DNA of 39,507 nucleotides from a virus (lineage: Duplodnaviria; Caudoviricetes): IMG/VR virus record IMGVR_UViG_3300016371_000005, positions 1 through 39,507 of that record. One strand, written 5' to 3'. The translations under genes and the position numbers were made by a program. Every line of letters starts with the position of its first letter. The first letter of the stretch is position 1. Below, in pieces: positions 1-10,581 of the stretch. Below the pieces are notes generated by a model. That model was not told the origin of the DNA. It was given only the letters and a program-made list of their open reading frames with translations, and ran no database searches.

Positions 1-123
1 ACTCTGGGTAACAATGCCCAAACATCTGACCTACTGAAGAACTAACTATTTGATCTCTCTTACACATATTGTAAAAAGATTCTGGTTCAGTAAGAGCTTC
101 AATCACATTGTTACATACATCCA
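1..123. repeat. Terminal direct repeat (left copy), circular-assembly overlap
   Basis: 1-123 is identical to 39385-39507, and a reading frame runs through the junction. Confidence 0.97.
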
Positions 124-820
124 TAATGTAAGGATCTAAATCATCTTTAGGTGCGGTACTTTGGATCGCATCTATAGCCTTTGCTACATTCATAGAGATA
201 ATAGGATTATGAGTCGCTTTATCTATATTTTGTAAAAGATCTTGGATATATAACCGATACTTAGTATCATACTTAGGAGCAAATTCCTTTGTAGATAACT
301 TAGCATTGTTTCTATAGATTCTTTCGATAGCTTTAAGCACACCCTGCATCTTTTCAAGTTTTATATGTGTTTGATATAACTCATCCAAATGATTTTGATC
401 TACTTGATATTTGTTAATATTCTGGCCTATATCCTCATAGGTCATAGGAGAGTTCTCAATATCATGTTGCATCACAGTCTCTATGAATGCTTGTTTTTCA
501 GGCACTGCCATTTTATAGAATTGAGAGAGTATATAAACTTCTTTGAGAGCTTCATCTATAAGTTCTTTAAGTTCAGGAGCTTTACCATAGTAATATTGTT
601 TTACTATTGGCCGTTCAACCAACCCAAAATTAGAAACTGTTTTCTTTTGTATTTCGTCACAAATAGTTAACAGTTTTTGTGACACATCGATAAACTGTAA
701 ACTAGCAATATTCATACGTAATTCTAGGTATTCTGGAGTTTCTATAAGACCTTTCAGAATACAAGAAGCAAGATATTCACTTTCTAATCCAGGGTTTCCC
801 ACCGTTTCAAGTGGAATCAT
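1..820 (-). CDS. 5' part of a 325-aa hypothetical (probably virion-associated) protein crossing the circular junction
   Basis: ATG at 820 overlaps the upstream TGA (ATGA). Read by hand (MIPLETVGNPGLESEYLASCILKG...), the frame stays open to base 1 and joins the frame of the 39227..39490 ORF. Missed by the ORF track. Confidence 0.85.
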   Translation of the reverse strand, partial: MIPLETVGNPGLESEYLASCILKGLIETPEYLELRMNIASLQFIDVSQKLLTICDEIQKKTVSNFGLVERPIVKQYYYGKAPELKELIDEALKEVYILSQFYKMAVPEKQAFIETVMQHDIENSPMTYEDIGQNINKYQVDQNHLDELYQTHIKLEKMQGVLKAIERIYRNNAKLSTKEFAPKYDTKYRLYIQDLLQNIDKATHNPIISMNVAKAIDAIQSTAPKDDLDPYIMDVCNNVIEALTEPESFYNMCKRDQIVSSSVGQMFGHCYPE

Positions 821-1977
821 AAACTACCTTCTTTGATCGCTTTTTCACGAGCAGCCTGTTTATCTTGATGTCTTTGAACAGCACTATAAAAATCTTTATC
901 ATCATAATTAGGAGTCATTCCAGGCTGTGCTGGCTCAACTTCATCATCTGAAAAACTATTTTCTTTTTCATAAGCTGGAGTATTTGGTACTCCTGGAGTT
1001 GGTCTACCCACACGTTCAGAAGGACTATAACCTTGAGTAGGAGGTAAAGGTTGTTTCATACCTAATTTCTCTGCCATCACTCGTGCAGCATCACCCATCA
1101 AAGTAGAACGTCTAACATCTCCTGATTGAAGATTGGTTTTAAATTGTGAACTATGATTATCAGTAGATTCAGATAGTTTTATATTATTTAATAATTTAAG
1201 TTGTTGAGCCATATGTAATGCTTGAAGATTATTGATTTGAAAGGTTGTACCATCTATAGCTACATTAGCCCCAGTTGCTACACTCATTACTGCAGCATTA
1301 TAGGCATTTGCTGCTATTTGTTGTTTATCTTGAGCAGTCTTAATAAGTCCTTGTTTCTGAGCAGAAACCTCCATAAGATTTTTGAATTCCATAGCTTGAG
1401 CCTGAATGGCTCTGTCCATATTCTTTTGATATGCATCCATAGCAAGGTTTGGTTGGCCAGTAACTCCCGAACCGATTCCCGAAAGAGCCATACCAATCGC
1501 AGTCATAAGTTTTCCACCTACACCCATATTATTAAGATAAGCTTGTGGGTCAATCTTAGCTTTTTCTGCAGCACTATTCAGAGCTGTTTCAGCATTTTGA
1601 GTTGCTCTAATAGCCCCCGCCACTGCATCGTTATAATCTTGATGAGTTTCATTAACTAATTGTTGTCCTTGGTCTATTTGTCGAAGGCCTGCGCCTTTTA
1701 CAGCTGCTCCAACTGGAGCACCAGTTTCTGATGCAATCTTACCCATTTGTTCAAGAGCATTATTTGCAGTCTGAGTTGACCCGGGTAAAGCTTGAACAGC
1801 TTCTACACCTTGTTGTGCAGATTCAGGAGCTGCTAAGGTTGCTTCAGCTTGATTTTGATTTTGAGTAAAGTTATCACTACCAGTTGCGCTTTGCCCGGAA
1901 CCGATTGCTCCACCTAACAATTGTTTGGCTGCTTCTTGTCCTAATTTTTTGCCGCCTTGGCCTACCGCATTAGCCAT
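817..1977 (-). CDS. Putative internal virion/DNA ejection protein
   Basis: Ala/Gln/Gly-rich helical protein with a hydrophobic Gly-rich segment (LMTAIGMALSGIGSG), lying downstream of the tail nozzle. Confidence 0.6.
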   Translation of the reverse strand: MANAVGQGGKKLGQEAAKQLLGGAIGSGQSATGSDNFTQNQNQAEATLAAPESAQQGVEAVQALPGSTQTANNALEQMGKIASETGAPVGAAVKGAGLRQIDQGQQLVNETHQDYNDAVAGAIRATQNAETALNSAAEKAKIDPQAYLNNMGVGGKLMTAIGMALSGIGSGVTGQPNLAMDAYQKNMDRAIQAQAMEFKNLMEVSAQKQGLIKTAQDKQQIAANAYNAAVMSVATGANVAIDGTTFQINNLQALHMAQQLKLLNNIKLSESTDNHSSQFKTNLQSGDVRRSTLMGDAARVMAEKLGMKQPLPPTQGYSPSERVGRPTPGVPNTPAYEKENSFSDDEVEPAQPGMTPNYDDKDFYSAVQRHQDKQAAREKAIKEGSL

Positions 1978-1978
1978 A

Positions 1979-3535
1979 TTATTTAGCCTTTCTTGATTTG
2001 AATAGTTCTTCTAAAGAACTTACTCTATCATGTGCATCTGCTGCGGCACTCATAAGCATTCCCATTGCAGAAGCCATATCAATTCCTTTACCTTCAGGAG
2101 TTTCTACTATCATAGATTCCCCACCAGGGGCTTTTTCAACATCCTGTGCTATAATACCCATATGTACACCAGGAGTTTTACCCATTTCGCCTGTAGGTTC
2201 TTTATATTCAAAAGTAACGGGCTCTAATTCATCTAAAAATCTATGAAGCATACTACTTTTCTTAACATCTTTCTTCATATCTTTATCAGATGCAAAGGAG
2301 TCAGAAATTCCTTTAGCAAACTTTTTACGATTATCGTCAGAAGAATCATAAGCTCCGCCAGTTTTTGCGGGGGAAGTTGAATCAGAAGATGAAGGCGAAG
2401 CAGTATCAGCCTTTTGAGGTGATTGGTCTCTAAAATAGTTTGAAATACTTTTAGCTCTGGAAGCTTGATCTGATTGTACATTTTGTTTAGTATTTTCATC
2501 CGATACCATAGTATCTGGAGCAGTATCACTAGCTACTGAAATAGAAGAAGCCATATTATCTCTACTCATATCAAGAAGCATATTGGTAGTTTCTTCTTTT
2601 TGTTTTTTCTTCTTACCACCAGTAATAAAGTCTACTAAATCTTCCCAATTCTTTTGGCCTTCAGATTTTTGACTATCTAGTTGAATATTTGTTTTGGAGT
2701 TATAGTCTGAAAGCATCGTAGATGCGGCCTCTCCTACAGTATTTCCACCGGCTAAACTACCTAAAGCCCCTCCAACACCATTTAACATACCACCAGCAGC
2801 ATGTGCTTGTTGTGCTTGTGCTTGATTCAATGCACCTTGTTGTTGTCCAGTTTGACCAAGTGCTAAATTACCGGCATTTACTGCTCCATAATTTGCTAAA
2901 TTGCCAAAATTACCTGCTGCACCTAATTGTGTTCCATAAAGATTTGCGCTGGAGGCTGCTAAGTTAGTTTGATTTGCTGCATTTTGCGCTGCTTGATTAG
3001 CATATTGAGCAGTTTGTGAACCATATTGTCCACGAGCAGTAGCCATTTCTTGAGCACGTAATTGAGCAGATTGATTAGCTGCTTGTTGGGTTAAGTTTGC
3101 AGCATTGTCCATAGCAGTTTTTTGACCGCCAAGCATTTGACTAAGATTTCCGCTATTTGCCATAGCTGCTTGAGTAGCAATAGCTTGATCTTTACCTGAC
3201 TGTAATTGAGCCTGTGCTGCTGAAGGAGCATTTCCTAATGCAGCATTACGGAGAATATTTACCGCATCTCCACTAGCTTCATTTGCTCCAATAGCATTAG
3301 TTAAGTCTCTTTGAGCTTGTCTATAATAATCACCTGTAATATTTAATTGATCTGAAGCATTGCCCAATAATTGTCCAGAAGTACCTAAATTAGTATTGCT
3401 TTGTGAATTCAGAGCTGCTATTTGTTTATTAACTTGATCTTGATTAGCAAGGTTTGCACCAGGGATTACATTAGATGTAATACCTTGAATTACTCCTCCT
3501 AAAACTCCTGATGCTGCATTTACTGCACTTCCCAT
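1979..3535 (-). CDS. Internal virion protein with C-terminal Peptidase_S74-like intramolecular chaperone domain
   Basis: Ala/Gln/Asn/Gly-rich N-terminus; C-terminal SDKDMKKDV...LDELEPVTFEYK...GIIAQDVEK matches the S74 pattern. Confidence 0.8.
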   Translation of the reverse strand: MGSAVNAASGVLGGVIQGITSNVIPGANLANQDQVNKQIAALNSQSNTNLGTSGQLLGNASDQLNITGDYYRQAQRDLTNAIGANEASGDAVNILRNAALGNAPSAAQAQLQSGKDQAIATQAAMANSGNLSQMLGGQKTAMDNAANLTQQAANQSAQLRAQEMATARGQYGSQTAQYANQAAQNAANQTNLAASSANLYGTQLGAAGNFGNLANYGAVNAGNLALGQTGQQQGALNQAQAQQAHAAGGMLNGVGGALGSLAGGNTVGEAASTMLSDYNSKTNIQLDSQKSEGQKNWEDLVDFITGGKKKKQKEETTNMLLDMSRDNMASSISVASDTAPDTMVSDENTKQNVQSDQASRAKSISNYFRDQSPQKADTASPSSSDSTSPAKTGGAYDSSDDNRKKFAKGISDSFASDKDMKKDVKKSSMLHRFLDELEPVTFEYKEPTGEMGKTPGVHMGIIAQDVEKAPGGESMIVETPEGKGIDMASAMGMLMSAAADAHDRVSSLEELFKSRKAK

Positions 3536-3888
3536 TATACTTCTTCTTTCTCTGCAATATCTTTAATATAGAAAATCATAGGATCTGCTACTTTATAAGG
3601 TTTCATTCCATAAGCTTCTAATACAGCAATTGATTTTTCCGCGCCCTTAGCAGTAGCATCCACAGAACCTAAAAGAAATTTCTTACCTTCTTTTTTGGCT
3701 GCTTCTACTATTTCATCTGCCATCCTAGATGCTGCACCCAATTTTCTTTTTTCTGGAACTACAAAGATATCTACAATATAGACAATATCTTGTTCAATAT
3801 ATTCAAAGGTTGCAAACCCATCTTCAGATTCTACAATACCTCTGTTTGTACGTTCTTTAAGGTATTGTCCATAATGGCTCAAATTCAT
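3535..3888 (-). CDS. GNAT-family acetyltransferase
   Basis: Acetyl-CoA motif A-like IVDIFVVPEKRKLGAASRM. Likely start is ATG 3888 (TAATG coupling, GGAG upstream). Confidence 0.75.
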   Translation of the reverse strand: MNLSHYGQYLKERTNRGIVESEDGFATFEYIEQDIVYIVDIFVVPEKRKLGAASRMADEIVEAAKKEGKKFLLGSVDATAKGAEKSIAVLEAYGMKPYKVADPMIFYIKDIAEKEEV

Positions 3889-6800
3889 TAAGTTAATCTC
3901 CGAGTATAAGGAAGATTCTTGTTCCAAGATTCTTTTATTCCTGCTACTATTGAAAGTCCTGAGAATTTAAAAGATTCACTTTTAACCCCTGTTGGAAATT
4001 CATCAAATATTTCAATCATAATGGATGTACATTTCTGCATACGAGGTTTAATCATAAACTGATATGTTCCATCAAAATAACCCCCAAAAGGCGTACCTAC
4101 ACCTCCATATGGAGCTCCTCCATAGGTACTACCTACAGCCCCATACACACCGTCCATTCCATATGGAATTCCAATACCCCCTACAGGTAAGCCTCCATAA
4201 GGAGATTCTACTCCATAACCATCTCCAAGTAAAGAATCTGGTATAATAGATACAGTTTGGCGGGGAAATTCTTCAAAATCATAATATAGATTAACTTTTA
4301 AACGATGAGCTAAATCGGCATTCTCTCCTAAAATCAAAATAGTATAGATTCTCGCGAAACCTTCAAGTTTAGCTAATGAAATCCAATTAGTACGAATTTT
4401 AGATTGAATTGAAAGGCCATTACCATCATATGGTTGGCCAGGAATAGCTTTATAAGCTTCTGAAGTACTCGTTGTATACCAAGAATTGTTCAATAATGTA
4501 GAAGATACAGGACTGAATGGTAGTGTATGAGTATACCATTGATCAAAGAAAGTATCATATACTAATACTAAATCGTTTAAAGTAGTGAAATATACAAGAT
4601 TTTTATCTGGTAAATTCACGGCACTAGTAATTCTAAAATTAGGGTCACTATTAGTAATTCTATCTAAAGCTTGCCCTATATAAGTAACATTTAATTGCCT
4701 ATCTACAAGATAAATACCTTTTTGAGATTCAAACATAATACCTTTACCCATTAATACAATGGATTGAGGTGAATTACATCCCGTATCTGCAGAGATTAAG
4801 ATTGGAACTGGGGCTGTACCATTACCTACTTTATCTAATAAAGAGGAGGCTTGAAAATAGAAAATTAAAGATTTTTTGAATACTAGAATCTTATCGTCCA
4901 TAGTAGCTAAAGCAGTAATGTCACCACCTAAACTATCAATAATAACAGATAATTCATTAGAGAATTCTAACCCTACTCCTTCTTCTTTTTCTTTAGAATA
5001 AAAGATTCTATTGGGTTCTGTATCAATACCCCCAACAATAATTCTATTTTTACCCACAGTCATAAGGTTTGTGGAAGGTAATGCAATATTTTGAAATACT
5101 CCTCCGGTTGTATATAATAAAGAATTAGAACTTATAGCAATATCTACTTTAGTATCTACATATGTAATAGTTTCAACTGTTGGATCATTATAAACATATT
5201 CAGTAGTTAATTGATTGACTCTATAATAAGTAGTGCCTAAAGTTAAAGTTCTGTAAATAGCCAAAACTACTGGGGTTCTAGTATCTCCAAATCTAGTTTC
5301 TTTGTTTGTGATGGGTAATGTTCTTACTGTTAAAGTTACTGTTTGATTAGCACCAGTAGTGACAATGGATACGGGTATGGAAGGTTCAGATCTTAAAATC
5401 TGTCCTTGATTATCTGTCCATTCCCACACTGCCACATAAGAGTATGTGCCATTGGCAATGCTACCTCCAGTACTTTGTACTGCCACAGGTTTTTCAGGGT
5501 ATAGATGGAATCCTTGTTCAAACACGGTATTAGAACCATCATATTGTTTAAGATATCCGCCTGCAATATTTAAATATTTACCAAGTACTTTATTATCAAT
5601 AGTTTGAGGTGTAAAATAAATCTGTTCTGTAAAAACAGACGTAGTTGAATTAAATGAGTTTGCACTAGATACAATTTTAGTCGTTTTTAATAGAGGAACT
5701 ATATAGGTATTTTGTCTAACAGGTAATTGGCTAATCATAGAAATACAATTAGCTTTTTTGATGTTACCCCCGCCTAATTGTGCAAACATTCTAGCAAAAC
5801 AAGCTCCGTCATCTCTTACACCAAAATAAGTATTCTGAAGATTGCTATCATAGCCCAATATTACATAAGCATTTCCTGAATAAAAGAAAGAAGAACTAAC
5901 CACTCCTAATTGAAGATAAAAAGGTCTATTATATTCTATTGTTGGAGATGTATTGTTTGCATTAACTTTAGATTGGAAAGAATTATGTAATGTGTTAAAG
6001 GTTGAATAAAAAATATAAGTATTATGATTACCATCAATACAAGATGCTAAAGCCCAACCTGGGTCTGTAGTTGCAGTAGTTACTTGAATTTCATTAGTTA
6101 GAGGTAATAAATAACTATAAAATGTTTTTGTATATACTTGATTGCTCTCATTAAATACTGTACATGAGAAATAATTATTAGTAGGATCTACAGCTAAAGA
6201 TAAAGCCGGTGGAACAGCCCCACTATTTGTAAAATTTAGACTAGTAGGAGAGGGTAATCCATTTGTAGTTGACCCAATCTCTTGATTTGTAACATCCCAA
6301 TAATATGCAAATAAAACATCTGGAACTGCATTAGTTTCAGCTACTACAATAAGAATATTACTGAAACATTTTAATATATCAAAAGTAAAAGAAGAAGCTA
6401 CTTTAGTAGATATGGTTTGTTCTATTAAAAAGATTTTTTGCACATCATCATATGGTCGTATACGAAGAGAAGTATCTCCCGGTTCTATCCAGAAGAAATA
6501 AAACATATTTCCAACTGAAATTACTTTGGGTTTTACACCTGTAGTAGATAAAGAGAAATCTGTAGTTAGAAATGTATCTGATTCTACATCCTTAACACTA
6601 CATCTTACCCCACCTCGAGAATCTTCCCACACTGCAGCAAATTGTCCATTGGTAGATACATATCCATTAGGAATTGTTTGAGTATAAGTATTAGCAATAA
6701 TTGATTTTGAAGAAATAACAGGTGAAGATGTTAAACCTTTTTCTTGATATTGATCTATAGAAGGGGAATAAGAATATAATCCTTTATTAGTTATTACACC

Positions 6801-7013
6801 TATTTCATTTAAATAATTATAAGAAGCATTAATATTTGTAGGAGTTGTAGTTTGACCAATAATTTGAAGGCCATCTCGCTTTTTTAATTCTGGGTATCTT
6901 GTCATAACCCAGTTATCAAGTTGGTAGTAAGTACCTACTGGAGCCACTTTTGGGTCTATTTTTGTTTGTAGACCTTCATAAGGCAGTTGAATCAATTGTT
7001 TTTGTAAGACCAT
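3888..7013 (-). CDS. Tail nozzle / packaged-DNA stabilisation-like protein
   Basis: 1041 aa, beta-rich; NRIFYS...GGDITAL...ILVFK and DTGCNSPQSI propeller-like motifs; position after the adaptor. Confidence 0.7.
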   Translation of the reverse strand: MVLQKQLIQLPYEGLQTKIDPKVAPVGTYYQLDNWVMTRYPELKKRDGLQIIGQTTTPTNINASYNYLNEIGVITNKGLYSYSPSIDQYQEKGLTSSPVISSKSIIANTYTQTIPNGYVSTNGQFAAVWEDSRGGVRCSVKDVESDTFLTTDFSLSTTGVKPKVISVGNMFYFFWIEPGDTSLRIRPYDDVQKIFLIEQTISTKVASSFTFDILKCFSNILIVVAETNAVPDVLFAYYWDVTNQEIGSTTNGLPSPTSLNFTNSGAVPPALSLAVDPTNNYFSCTVFNESNQVYTKTFYSYLLPLTNEIQVTTATTDPGWALASCIDGNHNTYIFYSTFNTLHNSFQSKVNANNTSPTIEYNRPFYLQLGVVSSSFFYSGNAYVILGYDSNLQNTYFGVRDDGACFARMFAQLGGGNIKKANCISMISQLPVRQNTYIVPLLKTTKIVSSANSFNSTTSVFTEQIYFTPQTIDNKVLGKYLNIAGGYLKQYDGSNTVFEQGFHLYPEKPVAVQSTGGSIANGTYSYVAVWEWTDNQGQILRSEPSIPVSIVTTGANQTVTLTVRTLPITNKETRFGDTRTPVVLAIYRTLTLGTTYYRVNQLTTEYVYNDPTVETITYVDTKVDIAISSNSLLYTTGGVFQNIALPSTNLMTVGKNRIIVGGIDTEPNRIFYSKEKEEGVGLEFSNELSVIIDSLGGDITALATMDDKILVFKKSLIFYFQASSLLDKVGNGTAPVPILISADTGCNSPQSIVLMGKGIMFESQKGIYLVDRQLNVTYIGQALDRITNSDPNFRITSAVNLPDKNLVYFTTLNDLVLVYDTFFDQWYTHTLPFSPVSSTLLNNSWYTTSTSEAYKAIPGQPYDGNGLSIQSKIRTNWISLAKLEGFARIYTILILGENADLAHRLKVNLYYDFEEFPRQTVSIIPDSLLGDGYGVESPYGGLPVGGIGIPYGMDGVYGAVGSTYGGAPYGGVGTPFGGYFDGTYQFMIKPRMQKCTSIMIEIFDEFPTGVKSESFKFSGLSIVAGIKESWNKNLPYTRRLT

Positions 7014-7313
7014 TTAGATCACCAAAGTAGGATATTGTACCACTAATTTATTAAAGATTTCTTGACGAACAGACCCAATAGGAGCAATATCTAAAGTTAT
7101 AGGAACCACAGAAACAGTTTCAGAAACCCCTAATTTATTAAATTCTACTATATTTAACCAATCAATAATCTCACATTGAAAAGTTGCGGGATATGTAACA
7201 TTATTTGTAATTATTTGTCCTTTATAATTTTCTTCATAAAAAACTGTTTGAAAACGGCCTTTTACATCTGGATTACCTTGAATACTTAATTGACATAATT
7301 TTAAATAACTCAT
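7014..7313 (-). CDS. Hypothetical protein (tail module)
   Basis: Translationally coupled ORF in the structural operon. Confidence 0.6.
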   Translation of the reverse strand: MSYLKLCQLSIQGNPDVKGRFQTVFYEENYKGQIITNNVTYPATFQCEIIDWLNIVEFNKLGVSETVSVVPITLDIAPIGSVRQEIFNKLVVQYPTLVI

Positions 7314-8686
7314 GCTAAAGGTACCTCAAATTGAACTCCAACAATTGCACCAGATGTAAAATAAACATTACCTGAACGAGGAACTAACATATTCCCTGAA
7401 GTAACATTGCCTCCGAAATAAACAGCACCTGTATCAGAGCCAGTAGATGCAAGAGTATACCCAGCTGCACCTGAACCATCTACGGTCCATTCACCCACCA
7501 TTGCAGATTGTTGACTATTTAATGCATTAACAGGAACTTTTGTTGTAGACATTGGATACCCAGTAGGCAAACTAATAGATGCTAATGTTGCAGAAACTGT
7601 TCCAACTCCATAAAATGCTTTCACACTTAAAGTATCATTTACTACTTTAAATAAACAACCAACACTTGTAGGAGTTCCTAAACCTGTAAAAGAAGGGGTG
7701 TACGAAACCCATTGAGATTCTCTTTCTAATAATACCCAGTTAGCTGCGGTTGTTGGGGTGGCTACAACAGCTACGAATCTTGCGATTCCTAAAGCAGGAA
7801 CAACTGCGATCTTGTTCCCACCTGAGGAATTAATTGTAATATAATTAGCAGCAGAAGTGGCTCTATTATAAAAAGCCCATTGGTCTCCTGCTACAACTCC
7901 TGTAGAAGGAAGAGTATATGTGCGAGGTGCTGTCGGGTTGCAGAATTGAGCATGATTATCAGAAGCTAAAAATGTAACATTACTGTCGTTGGGTGAAACA
8001 TTTCCCACTGTCGTAGCAGCATTTACAAAACTTAAAGTAGCAGCACCATTTGTTTGAATTACCTGACCTGAAACACCGTCTGCAGTTGGAAGAGCAAAAG
8101 TAACCGTACCTGTATTGATATTGGCAATTACTGGTGAAGTTAATGTTTTATTTGTTAGTGTTTGACTTGCTGTTTGAGTAACAAATGTATCGTTTGCTCC
8201 AGAATCTGGAACACTCAATACACGAGTAGTACCTGTAGGAATAGCTGAAGCATTAAATCTAAATTGACGGGAAGTATCTCCAAAATATTGGATAAAAAAT
8301 CCAGTATCCTTAATAGATAAAGCTGTAATACTATTAGCTACATCTACTGTACCATTAATAGTAATCTGTACATTATTACCCGCTGCATCTATATAATAGA
8401 GCTCGCCATTCAATGCATAAAGACAAGTTCTGTCATTTATGGTAGGAATAAATGTATTATTAGGAAATAATCTTAAGGATCTCATATTAGTAGCATTGTT
8501 TTGATTGAAAGTCAAATCAGATGATATATTTAATCCTGAAGGAGTAATTTGCACTCCTTTATTTAAACTGTGATCGTGAGAGTCTATTTGTGTGAATGCA
8601 GTATTTAATAATGTTGCCCATTGAGGACCTGCTGTAATACTTACATCAGGCAAGACTAATAGCATATCTGGAGTTGTTGTTGTCAT
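7310..8686 (-). CDS. Tail fibre protein
   Basis: N-terminal IDSHDH anchor motif, QTLTNKTLTSP and LPTADGVSGQVIQTNG fibre motifs, Thr/Ser/Gly-rich. Confidence 0.8.
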   Translation of the reverse strand: MTTTTPDMLLVLPDVSITAGPQWATLLNTAFTQIDSHDHSLNKGVQITPSGLNISSDLTFNQNNATNMRSLRLFPNNTFIPTINDRTCLYALNGELYYIDAAGNNVQITINGTVDVANSITALSIKDTGFFIQYFGDTSRQFRFNASAIPTGTTRVLSVPDSGANDTFVTQTASQTLTNKTLTSPVIANINTGTVTFALPTADGVSGQVIQTNGAATLSFVNAATTVGNVSPNDSNVTFLASDNHAQFCNPTAPRTYTLPSTGVVAGDQWAFYNRATSAANYITINSSGGNKIAVVPALGIARFVAVVATPTTAANWVLLERESQWVSYTPSFTGLGTPTSVGCLFKVVNDTLSVKAFYGVGTVSATLASISLPTGYPMSTTKVPVNALNSQQSAMVGEWTVDGSGAAGYTLASTGSDTGAVYFGGNVTSGNMLVPRSGNVYFTSGAIVGVQFEVPLA

Positions 8687-8695
8687 TTTGCTTTC

Positions 8696-9010
8696 CTAAA
8701 AAAAGAGTAAATCTACTGTTGCATTTGCATTTGATTTTAACAATATCAAAGCATTAGGTGCTATATTGATAGTGCTTGATTGAAAGATGTTGACTGCAGC
8801 ATTAGAATTAGTTACTATAAATCCTGTAACAGGACGATTTAAGCCATGGTTGACAGTTAAATCGATACCGTTTGAAAACAAGAGTCCCTTTACTAAATTA
8901 GGACTATTAAGTAACGGATTCGAATATAAAGAACCAAAAACCCTGCTTACATTGCTGTCGATTTCTCGAGTATCAGCATCTTTTGCAATTGTATTGGTAT
9001 ATCTTATCAC
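8696..9010 (-). CDS. Small tail/virion protein
   Basis: VNHGLNRPVTG motif typical of small tail proteins; operon context. Confidence 0.6.
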   Translation of the reverse strand: MIRYTNTIAKDADTREIDSNVSRVFGSLYSNPLLNSPNLVKGLLFSNGIDLTVNHGLNRPVTGFIVTNSNAAVNIFQSSTINIAPNALILLKSNANATVDLLFF

Positions 9011-9717
9011 TAATCAAATCCTCTAAATGGATACAAAGCACCTGCATTCACTTCAGACTCATCAACAATGTAAGAAGCCGAGCCCGAATCTCTATCCTTA
9101 AGACTATTCTTAAGCTGGTCTAACACTTCTAATCTTTTGGCATTGAGTTGGCTGTTGTCATCTTCTTCTTTTGCTTTCATGGCACAAGCCATATATAAAC
9201 TTAAATACTCATCGCTACCAATAGGAATTGAAAGTGTGTCAGAGAAAGAATTAATCTTCTGAGGCTCTGGAGTATACCATAAGGTTATGTTCGATGATTG
9301 CGTCGGTAAGGGTATAAATTGAATGTTGTTTCCTACAATCATATATTTATATATTTGACCATAAGGAGCTACTGTAAGTGCTAATCCTGAACGAAATTTG
9401 TTTCTTTCCTTAAACATATAGGGAGTGAGAGTCAAAAACCGTCCAGAATTATCAATTGCAAGATCTACACCATTCAATTTATAGAAATCAGCAGGTAAAG
9501 GATAAGAAGATTGATTAGCAGTCACCTGAAATGTAGTAGTAGTGATGTAATATTGTTCTTTTGCAAGGATAATCTGTTGATAAAGGTCTTTATATGCCAT
9601 ATTTGCGTATCTAATCAATTCAGAACTTGGTAATCCTGATTGATCAATAAACTGTGAGTTACGCATATCTGCCAAATCAATAGCTGAATCTGTTATAGTA
9701 GATACTAAAATTTGCAT
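9010..9717 (-). CDS. Head-tail adaptor protein
   Basis: ELIRYANMAYKDL, SSYPLPADFYKL and ITLWYTPEP patterns; position downstream of the capsid genes. Confidence 0.7.
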   Translation of the reverse strand: MQILVSTITDSAIDLADMRNSQFIDQSGLPSSELIRYANMAYKDLYQQIILAKEQYYITTTTFQVTANQSSYPLPADFYKLNGVDLAIDNSGRFLTLTPYMFKERNKFRSGLALTVAPYGQIYKYMIVGNNIQFIPLPTQSSNITLWYTPEPQKINSFSDTLSIPIGSDEYLSLYMACAMKAKEEDDNSQLNAKRLEVLDQLKNSLKDRDSGSASYIVDESEVNAGALYPFRGFD

Positions 9718-9775
9718 ATAGACCCTTATCGGGGATTAAAGTTAAAAAATCAAAGGTTTAGACCCTTTTCGGGGT

Positions 9776-10012
9776 CTATTCCTTCTCGTAATCCTTGCCT
9801 TGCATACGTTTGAACATCTTATAAAGATACTCATGAGCTTTTTCATGATCACCTTTACCGATGTGTTCTGCAAAATAGGCCATATCTTTGATGTTGTCAC
9901 CCATTTCAGCTTGAGATGCTTCTGCTTCTGCTCCAGGGTCTTTATCTCCCATTGCTTCTTCAGATTTTCTCTTAAGTGCTTCTTTAGCTATTGCTCTTCC
10001 ATCTATTTTCAT
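9776..10012 (-). CDS. Hypothetical protein
   Basis: ORF with GGAG RBS, followed by a GAAA-tetraloop hairpin (9761-9776). Confidence 0.6.
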   Translation of the reverse strand: MKIDGRAIAKEALKRKSEEAMGDKDPGAEAEASQAEMGDNIKDMAYFAEHIGKGDHEKAHEYLYKMFKRMQGKDYEKE

Positions 10013-10026
10013 AGTCTCGCTCCGCC

Positions 10027-10443
10027 TTAAACAGTAGAGTTTTTAAGCACAACATCCAAAAGAATGGTTGAACCGGAAGGAGGATCTGTAGCAATAGGGG
10101 TTGTAACTGAAGCAGAAGTTGCGGTAATGAATTGGATAGTAATAGATCCTGCTGGAGAATTATCTGCAATAACTTCCATTGATAGACCTGTTGGGGTTGC
10201 ATTCAACAAAGTTGCTCTTGCTTGAATCAAACGAATGTAAGCATCAATCTTTGCTTGTGGAAACACTCCAAATGTAACTACATACACGCCTGCAGAACTG
10301 CGGGTAACACTATAAATACCTTGATTTAGTTTAGGGTCGAGTGTGCCAACTGCCCCAGACGCTGCAATTGGGATGTTTGCGTAAAGTGTAACTGGAAATT
10401 TTTCTAGTCCATATTGAAATTGTTGATAGTTATGGGAAGCCAT
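10027..10443 (-). CDS. Putative capsid decoration/minor virion protein
   Basis: Beta-rich (SVTRSSAGVYVVTF), directly after the major capsid gene, AGAGG RBS. Confidence 0.55.
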   Translation of the reverse strand: MASHNYQQFQYGLEKFPVTLYANIPIAASGAVGTLDPKLNQGIYSVTRSSAGVYVVTFGVFPQAKIDAYIRLIQARATLLNATPTGLSMEVIADNSPAGSITIQFITATSASVTTPIATDPPSGSTILLDVVLKNSTV

Positions 10444-10581
10444 ATTATTTGTCCTCTTTGTGTCTTAGACACTTTTCCTTTTGTTTATCTTGAATAGCAG
10501 TAAGTTTCTTAATAACTATAGACAAACATTTTACTATATCGCAACTGAAACACCAGTCTTTCTTGTTCATCTTAAGTCCTT

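Noticed and set aside
389-670. Plus-strand ORF and other antisense or alternate-frame ORFs within long genes
   Set aside because: Shadows of well-supported genes, with atypical composition.
10536-10562. Third sigma28-like promoter on the minus strand (GAAA-N15-TGCGATAT)
   Set aside because: Several mismatches and lacks the shared downstream block; too weak to call.
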